NCBI GenBank assembly: GCA_000004985.1
Contig: GG738878.1
Direction: 5' to 3' (one strand)
DNA from: Naegleria gruberi
Taxonomy: Eukaryota
Length of the DNA stretch: 64,000 bases
Positions 58,501 through 64,000 of the stretch are shown in pieces (within the stretch, counting starts at the first letter, position 1; the number at the start of each line of letters is the position of its first letter). The notes under the pieces are model-generated. The model worked only from the letters and a program-made list of their open reading frames with translations, searched no databases and was not told the origin of the DNA. The translations under genes and the position numbers were made by a program.

Positions 58501-59822
58501 AAAAAAGCGGGAAAAACATTTCCACAGATATTGAAGAAGATGAGATTCAAGAAACTCCAAACAACAATCCCTCCACTCCAATCAAGTTCGAGGAGCCTCC
58601 TTCAAGTTTCAACGAATTTAATCCAATGAGGAGGGAGAATAGTCTTGGAACTCCAACCATGATGAAAGGTTCAGCTTCATTCTCTTCTCTTTCATCACTA
58701 AGTTCTCCATCTTCAAATCCTAACATGAGTCAACCAAATTTACTCATTGAAGAATTTGATTTGGTTGTTGGAGCTGATGGAATCAATTCTCAAACTAGAA
58801 ATTTAGTATTTGGACCAGATATTCAATTTAAAAAGTATTTAAATGTAGGATATATGTGTTTCATGGTTGATTTGGTAAATGATGCAAACGATATGGATCC
58901 TGCAATAACTGGAGAGAAAATATCATTGGAACATTGTAAAATATTGAGTAAGAAAGTGAAGGAAGGAATTGAAAGTTCTCACACTGTGTCTTTCCTTCTC
59001 GATAAGGGACGATACATGACCATTTCGAGAAATAAGAATCGTTGCTATGTTTCTTGTGCATTCACTTTGGATGAGATGGCTTCACAGAGTGAGGAATCAA
59101 ATGAAGGAAATACTGAGAGCAGTAAGAAGGACAAGGAAAAACGAACAAGCACATCTGGATCTTCATCTGGCTCATCTGATGAAGATAAAGACAAGAGCTC
59201 AGCATCTTCATCATCTGGTAGTAGAAAACTCTACACTCGACAAAACAAGTTGGATATTGATGTTGTCAAGAGAAAGCAATTCCTTGTGGAAAAGTTTGCA
59301 GATGTTCAACACCTCTTCCCTCAACTGATTCAGTTATTGGGTAATTCAAATTCAATTTACTATGATGATTTGGCTCAAATTCACATTGACAAGTGGCATA
59401 AGGGAAGAATAGTCTTGTTGGGAGACAGTTGTCAAGCACTGACTCCACTCAGTGGTAAAGGTGCTTCAATGGCTCTTGTTGGGGCCAAGACTCTTGCTGA
59501 CGAACTGAAACGAGTACTAGTTCAACATGCCAAGATGGATGGTGTCGATTATATTCGTGACATTCCTGTGGAAAAATTACTCAATCATCAGGATATGCCA
59601 TATTTGAAAGATGCTCTCGAATCATATGAACGTAAAATGCTGGATCGTATCAAGGAAATCCAGAGGAAAACAATTAGAGAAGGAGATTTCTTTTTAACAA
59701 CCTCTGCCTTTAAGCAATTCATTAGAAACTCGACACTGAAATACATGCCTAAAAAACTATTCCTAAAGCTTTCCAAAAAGGATGCTCAATCCAATGAAGA
59801 TCTTCAATCTTCCAAACCTTAA
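55519..59822 (+). CDS. FAD-dependent aromatic-ring monooxygenase (salicylate-hydroxylase/UbiH-like), interrupted by a piggyBac-like element; coding segments at approximately 55519..55729, 55830..56220 and 58535..59822
   Basis: Exon 1 has the Rossmann motif VLICGGGVSGLVFAHYLL and ends GAT G|GTAGGT. The acceptor ACAAAAG|GA gives ..VDGQQTLDILGD... The downstream part has the FAD-monooxygenase fingerprints DLVVGADGINSQTRN and GRIVLLGDSCQALTPLSGKGASMALVGAKTLADEL. The 56221..58530 segment between the parts is a transposable element (see the mobile_element feature). Confidence 0.7.
56221..56260 (+). repeat. left terminal inverted repeat of the piggyBac-like element
   Basis: It is the inverted match to 58491..58530 (31/40 positions identical). 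Confidence 0.65.
56368..58136 (+). CDS. piggyBac-like transposase (DDE_Tnp_1_7 family), about 590 aa; either frameshifted at about 57700 or containing one 77-nt intron (approximately 57630..57706)
   Basis: Motifs collinear with T. ni piggyBac are present: VVDETVYAYQ (IDEQLLGFRG region, first catalytic D), VVYIPRKPYPNGLMSYKLCVLFPGCRKPYVLAI (MYIPNKPSKYGIKILMMCD), HITGDAAFGSFTIFDELIKLNVVGTFSISGTEKS (NITCDNWFTSIPLAKNLL..LTIVGTVRSNKRE, second catalytic D). The two ORF-track pieces (56368..57729, 57702..58136) can be joined by a GTTTCG..TTTTTGCAG intron in phase 0. No C-terminal Cys-rich domain is evident. Confidence 0.7.
58491..58530 (-). repeat. right terminal inverted repeat of the piggyBac-like element
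   Basis: It is the inverted match to 56221..56260 (31/40 positions identical). Confidence 0.65.
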
Positions 59823-60003
59823 TGTATTATAATAAAGAAGACCTACTATTCCAACATTAAATAACAAACCAATCACTGTTTCATATTTTGTTCGGCATGT
59901 GTGTCGTTGTTTCTTATCCTGGATAAATAAATTTCAGTAGCTGTTAAGTTTTGGCGGGAAGCAAGTACAAACGCCTCAATCTCTCCAAAAAAAAGGACAA
60001 AAC

Positions 60004-61676
60004 ATGCCACCAAACAACAAGGTTCGACCAGTCTCATCGAATACGACCACAACAACAGCATCGGAATCTAAATCTACTAAAGCATCATCGCCTCCTTCAA
60101 CAAGTGCCTCAGTTAATAATCAACAAAATTCCTTGAATAATACAGTTGCATCAAATGCTGATACATCCTCTTCGTATACAACAACAACAAGATCTAATTA
60201 TGATAACATGTCCGATTCGGGTGATGAGACTGGTATTAAAGTTGTGGTGAGAATGAGACCTTTCAATGATAGAGAAATGAAATTGAAAGCACAACCTTGT
60301 ATAACAATAACAAAAGCGAATAGAGAAGTTCTTATTAAGAGAAAAGACAAGGAAGATAAGAAATTCTATTTTGACGATGTGTTTGATGAGAATTCTACGC
60401 AACAGGAAGTTTATTCATCAACTGGTCAGAGAGTTTTAGATAGATATGTGTTAGGTTTTAATGTACGTATTAATTTGATGAGCAATTCTGAACTGTTTCA
60501 AAATATTTTACATATTTATTTCTGGATTAGGCTTGTATATTTGCGTATGGTCAAACTGGATCTGGTAAATCTGTAAGTAATCCATCTCTCTATTCAATGT
60601 GACAATTTAAATAGTGGACAATGCAAGGTATGAAAGGAAATCAAGAAAAGGAAGGAATCATGTCAAGATTTGTCAGAGAATTGTTTGGATATGTGGAACG
60701 AGAAAAGGAAAAGACTGACATCACTATTAAGGCATCCTATTTGGAAATTTACAATGAAAATATTTTGGACTTGTTGAATCCTCATAGTGGAAGAGTGAGT
60801 TATGAAATAAGAGAAGACAAAGTGAAAGGAACATATATTACAAACCTTATTGAAAAACCAATCACGACAGATACTGAGCTGAATGAAATTTTGGATGAGG
60901 GTGCAACAAGGAGAACTGTTGGAGAAACAAAAATGAATCAAGAATCGTCCAGATCTCATGGTATTCTTCAAATTTGTATGGAACAGGTTGATAAGGGAGA
61001 TGAGGATGGTTTCAGCTATAGATCCAATAAGATTTCACTCGTTGACTTGGCTGGTTCTGAAAGACAATCAGCTACTGAAGCAACAGGTGATAGATTGAAG
61101 GAAGGAGCTAAAATCAACTTGTCACTCTCCAACTTGGGTAATGTCATTAATGCACTTGTAAAGAAGACAAACTTTGTACCATATCGTAACTCCAAATTGA
61201 CCAGATTATTGAAAGATTCAATTGGTGGTAACTCCTATACGTTGTTGGTTGTTTGTGTGAGTCCTGCCGATGTCAACGCTGAAGAATCATTGAGCACTCT
61301 GTATTTTGCTGATAGGGCTAAACAAATCAAGAACAAACTCAAGGTTTCTAGAGGAGATCCTCGATTGGAAAAGATTGCAGAACTTCTCGAGATTGAAAAG
61401 CAATTGAGAGCTAGGGTTTTAGAACTGGAAACTGAATTATCGAAATATACCACTGTCCCTCCACCAGTGCAAAAGAGTCTTGCCACGAGTTCGACGGCGG
61501 TTGGTGAATCCATTAGTGCTTCTCAATTTGCCAAAATTAAGAATGACATGAAGGGAGAATCAAAAATTGTACAAACTGATCCAGTTCAATTCGCGGATGG
61601 AAAAACATATGAACCCCTCGATATTGAAAATCCTCAACAACCACCAAAGAAGCAGGGTTGTTGTTGCATTCAATAA
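60004..61676 (+). CDS. kinesin-like motor protein (N-terminal motor, short tail, C-terminal CCCIQ); three exons join(60004..60462, 60531..60572, 60615..61676), about 521 aa
   Basis: Exon 1 is IKVVVRMRPFNDREM..YFDDVFDENSTQQEVY..VLGFN|GTACGT. Exon 2 encodes the P-loop ACIFAYGQTGSGKS|GTAAGT (42-nt intron). Exon 3 is WTMQG..SSRSHGILQI (switch I)..LVDLAGSERQ (switch II) and so on. The tail ends KKQGCCCIQ. Confidence 0.8.
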
Positions 61677-61955
61677 ATACCTCTGCCCTTACTTTGTGAA
61701 AGATTCTTTAAAGCAAGGACTAAATTCTCCTTAATCAACGGTCCTACGGAGAAACATATATGAATGAAAAAGAAGGTTCAATTTCAGGAGTCTTGAAGTT
61801 TTCTTGTCCTTATGATCAGTACTATTCTCTGCAACACAATAAAAAATCAACACCCTCATGTCCTTCCTCTAAATTCCGAGTGTGTTTCATTGTTGCTTTC
61901 TTTTCAAACAAAATTCTCCATCATATTCAACAAAAAGAAAAAGCAACAAGACAAG

Positions 61956-63314
61956 ATGAAGAAAATGTTTAGCACATCTTCCCTATTTCGATCCAAAGGA
62001 GTTAAGGAACCAACTATCACTGAATATTATACACTCGATGTGGATGATGAAACAACCTATAAGAGAATCGATCAGAAGAAAACCATCTTATCGAATTTGT
62101 ATTGTCGAATCATGATTGGATTATCAATTACTTGTTGTTTACTATCTTTTGGATTTTTAGTATTATTTCTGATAACTTGGTTTTCGGTGGCTGATTATTT
62201 GTGGAATGTAGTGTTTTCTGTGAATCCAGCTGTGAATTGTGGACTTCCCTACTGATTAAATACTCCTTCAAATTATACGATTCAGACCAAGTGTCCATAT
62301 TTTGAGGAACCAACATCACAGTGGCATGATAAATTGAAGAAGTATTTTGTGGATCAGGGAAATTATGAAACTGTTAGTTTTATGAGTAGAGATGCTGATT
62401 GGATTGAGGGAGGAATTGGTATGTTCTCCATATTCTGTTTATGGAACATTTAAACTTGCTAATTTTTTTGATATTATAGGAAAAGTGAAAGTGGTTGGAA
62501 CTCTTTACAAACAACCAATTATCAATTCAACATCAAGATTTATAGTCACAGTTCATGGATACACAGCTTGTAGATTTAAATACGAAACCATGTTAGCGAG
62601 TACAATGCTGTATCATATGGGATTTAACATTTTACAGATCGATTTGAGAAATCATGGAGATACTGGAATATTTAAAAAATTACCGTATGCTTCCTTTGGA
62701 TCTTTTGAACATTTGGATGTTTTAGGAGCTTTGGATTATCTTCAACAAAAATATCCATTTTTGGATAATAACTCTTTTGGAATTTTTGGAACTTCGATGG
62801 TGAGTTTAATTTATTTGAAATTTGACTAAATAATTTCAAATAGGGAGCTGCAACTTCACTCATTGCATTCTCAAAAGATAAACGAATCAAACAAGCTTTC
62901 GTTGACAGTCCTCCAATTGACATATTCGAAACAATTCATGATGGAGCAAAACAAATTGTAGGAAGTTCTGTTGCTAGAATTGCCATTGATGCTCTCAAAA
63001 GTATCGTTCCTCATAAGGCTCAATTGATGGGATTTCCTCCATTTCACAATGATGTGAAATCATTATTGGAGAAGGTTGACTTGTCAAATGACAGGAAAAT
63101 ATTCTTGATGCATGTAGAGGGCGATTTGGTTGTTCCAACATTTAATTATTACGAATTTTGGAAAGCTGTAAATACTTCCCTTGTAAATAACAAGTATTCA
63201 CCTTCTAGTGTGGAAACTTTCCTTGGGCAAGTTGACTATTCCTACAATGACAGAACAAGAAAGCATTGTAGCAAACATTTAAATAGAAGAAGTTGGTCTA
63301 TTGAAATCAAATAA
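61956..63314 (+). CDS. membrane-anchored alpha/beta-hydrolase-fold protein (putative esterase/lipase); four exons, approximately join(61956..62231, 62286..62418, 62480..62799, 62844..63314), about 399 aa
   Basis: Exon 1 has an N-terminal TM (IMIGLSITCCLLSFGFLVLFLITWF). Across the exon 3/4 splice the nucleophile elbow is GIFGTSM|GAATSLIAF (GxSxG). The downstream acid/His region is FLMHVEGDLVVP. All three introns (54, 61 and 44 nt; GTGAAT/GTATGT/GTGAGT..AG) are phase-consistent. Confidence 0.6.
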
Positions 63315-63411
63315 ATTCAAATTGAGTAAGTATTTGAATTGAATTGTTGGTGTTTTTTGAATCCGTTTTAATTCGAGATATTTTTGCTTTTACATGATGA
63401 GATTTTTGTTT

Positions 63412-63891
63412 TCAATTCATTGAAGCAAAATTAGGAATATAATATGTTGATAGCTCAACAAGAGCCATATAATTAGATTCTCCAATAAGATTCTTAATTC
63501 CATTCTCATCAACAATTACAAGAGTTACATTCTTTGGAACTTGAATTTGTTGCGAACCCACTTTAGGTCTATCAATAATACTTCCTTCATAAAATACTCC
63601 CAATAATTCTTTTTCTAGTTTGCATCTATAAAACATGGTAAAAATTATCTTGACGTTTGGTGGAAAATCTTTCAACTTGTCAATTTCTCCATAAAGTTCA
63701 GTAAAACTAAACTCTGACTTATTTTTGTCTTGAATACACCACCACAAATCTTGTTCAAAAACAATAAACATATCTGGCCCACGTGATTTTTCTTTCATAA
63801 TAGAAAGTCTGTTCTGATAAGCACTAAAATGTAAATGAACTTTCTTCCATTCGCTTTCAGCGTTTTCTCTTGTACGCTTATTTGTTATCAT
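63412..63891 (-). CDS. hypothetical protein (159 aa)
   Basis: An ATG-initiated ORF with ordinary amino-acid composition. No recognisable domain. Confidence 0.3.
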   Translation of the reverse strand: MITNKRTRENAESEWKKVHLHFSAYQNRLSIMKEKSRGPDMFIVFEQDLWWCIQDKNKSEFSFTELYGEIDKLKDFPPNVKIIFTMFYRCKLEKELLGVFYEGSIIDRPKVGSQQIQVPKNVTLVIVDENGIKNLIGESNYMALVELSTYYIPNFASMN

Positions 63892-64000
63892 GGTAGGAAA
63901 ATTAATGCAAAGCTTATCAGCTAAAGTTGTACCTGTTAAAAAAGGGAAAACACTTCCGAAATTAGAGTTTTGGAGAAGACCCAGTTTAGATTTCCAAACA

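Larger units (their letters stand above)
56221..58530 (+). mobile_element. piggyBac-superfamily DNA transposon (2310 bp) with 40-bp imperfect terminal inverted repeats, flanked by identical TTGA tetranucleotides
   Basis: The left end is TATCTGTTGAAAAGTTCACGCCGCTTTTTTGCAATGCTCC (56221..56260). The reverse complement of the right end is TATCTGTGGAAATGTTTTTCCCGCTTTTTTCTAGTGCTCC (58530..58491). These match at 31 of 40 positions and begin at the exact termini. TTGA lies at 56217..56220 and again at 58531..58534. The internal ORF encodes a piggyBac-like transposase. Confidence 0.7.

Noticed and set aside
61760-61972. Small ORFs at 61760..61972 and 61812..61955, immediately upstream of the hydrolase gene, considered as separate genes
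   Set aside because: They overlap the 5' leader of the alpha/beta-hydrolase gene. The hydrolase ATG at 61956 is in the 61812 frame. They have no domain content and are most likely 5' UTR or uORFs.

Overview
The window is eukaryotic nuclear DNA, not prokaryotic. It is AT-rich (roughly 33% GC), and about 38 protein-coding genes plus one tRNA lie on both strands in 64 kb. Genes use the standard genetic code with TAA-dominated stops. Many are single-exon, and the rest carry 1-3 very short GT..AG spliceosomal introns of 42 to about 170 nt (e.g. HR|GTAAG..AACAG|DLKPSN in the kinase gene). Content and style point to a free-living, phagotrophic, probably amoebozoan (dictyostelid-like) protist. Supporting genes are two ABCA half-transporters, T4-type lysozyme-like secreted proteins, poly-N/T/S low-complexity inserts, PARG, ITFG1, GLOD4 and many F-box/BTB adaptors. 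This organism assignment is inference only. The gene content is mostly housekeeping and signalling: a CMGC/MAPK-like kinase, an AGPAT-type acyltransferase, a PLP aminotransferase, an M19 dipeptidase, the Ykt6 SNARE, a P4H-like dioxygenase, F-box/LRR and F-box/SPRY proteins, an SMS-like lipid enzyme, GLOD4, RPL15, PARG, a GNAT, ITFG1/TIP, a C2-RhoGAP, a vWA protein, a kinesin and an alpha/beta hydrolase. The most interesting items are as follows. (1) A piggyBac-superfamily transposon of about 2.3 kb sits inside an FAD-monooxygenase gene. It has 40-bp imperfect terminal inverted repeats, identical TTGA flanks and its own transposase ORF. In-silico removal of the element plus one flank copy rejoins the host ORF in frame. 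(2) Three paralogous genes encode an unusual NHL beta-propeller plus C-terminal BTB architecture. Two are tandem and nearly identical across a 2.4-kb assembly gap, and the third is divergent. (3) A highly divergent tubulin-superfamily protein has its GGGTGSG GTP loop degraded to GMVGSSSG. (4) Two secreted paralogs fuse cationic Gly/Ser/Arg/Lys low-complexity regions to a C-terminal domain that resembles phage-type (GH24/T4L-like) lysozyme. (5) A 7TM-RGS fusion protein is present. (6) Two ABCA half-transporters are arranged head to head. No CRISPR, rRNA or prokaryotic defence system is present. All splice coordinates were derived by hand and may be off by 1-2 nt.
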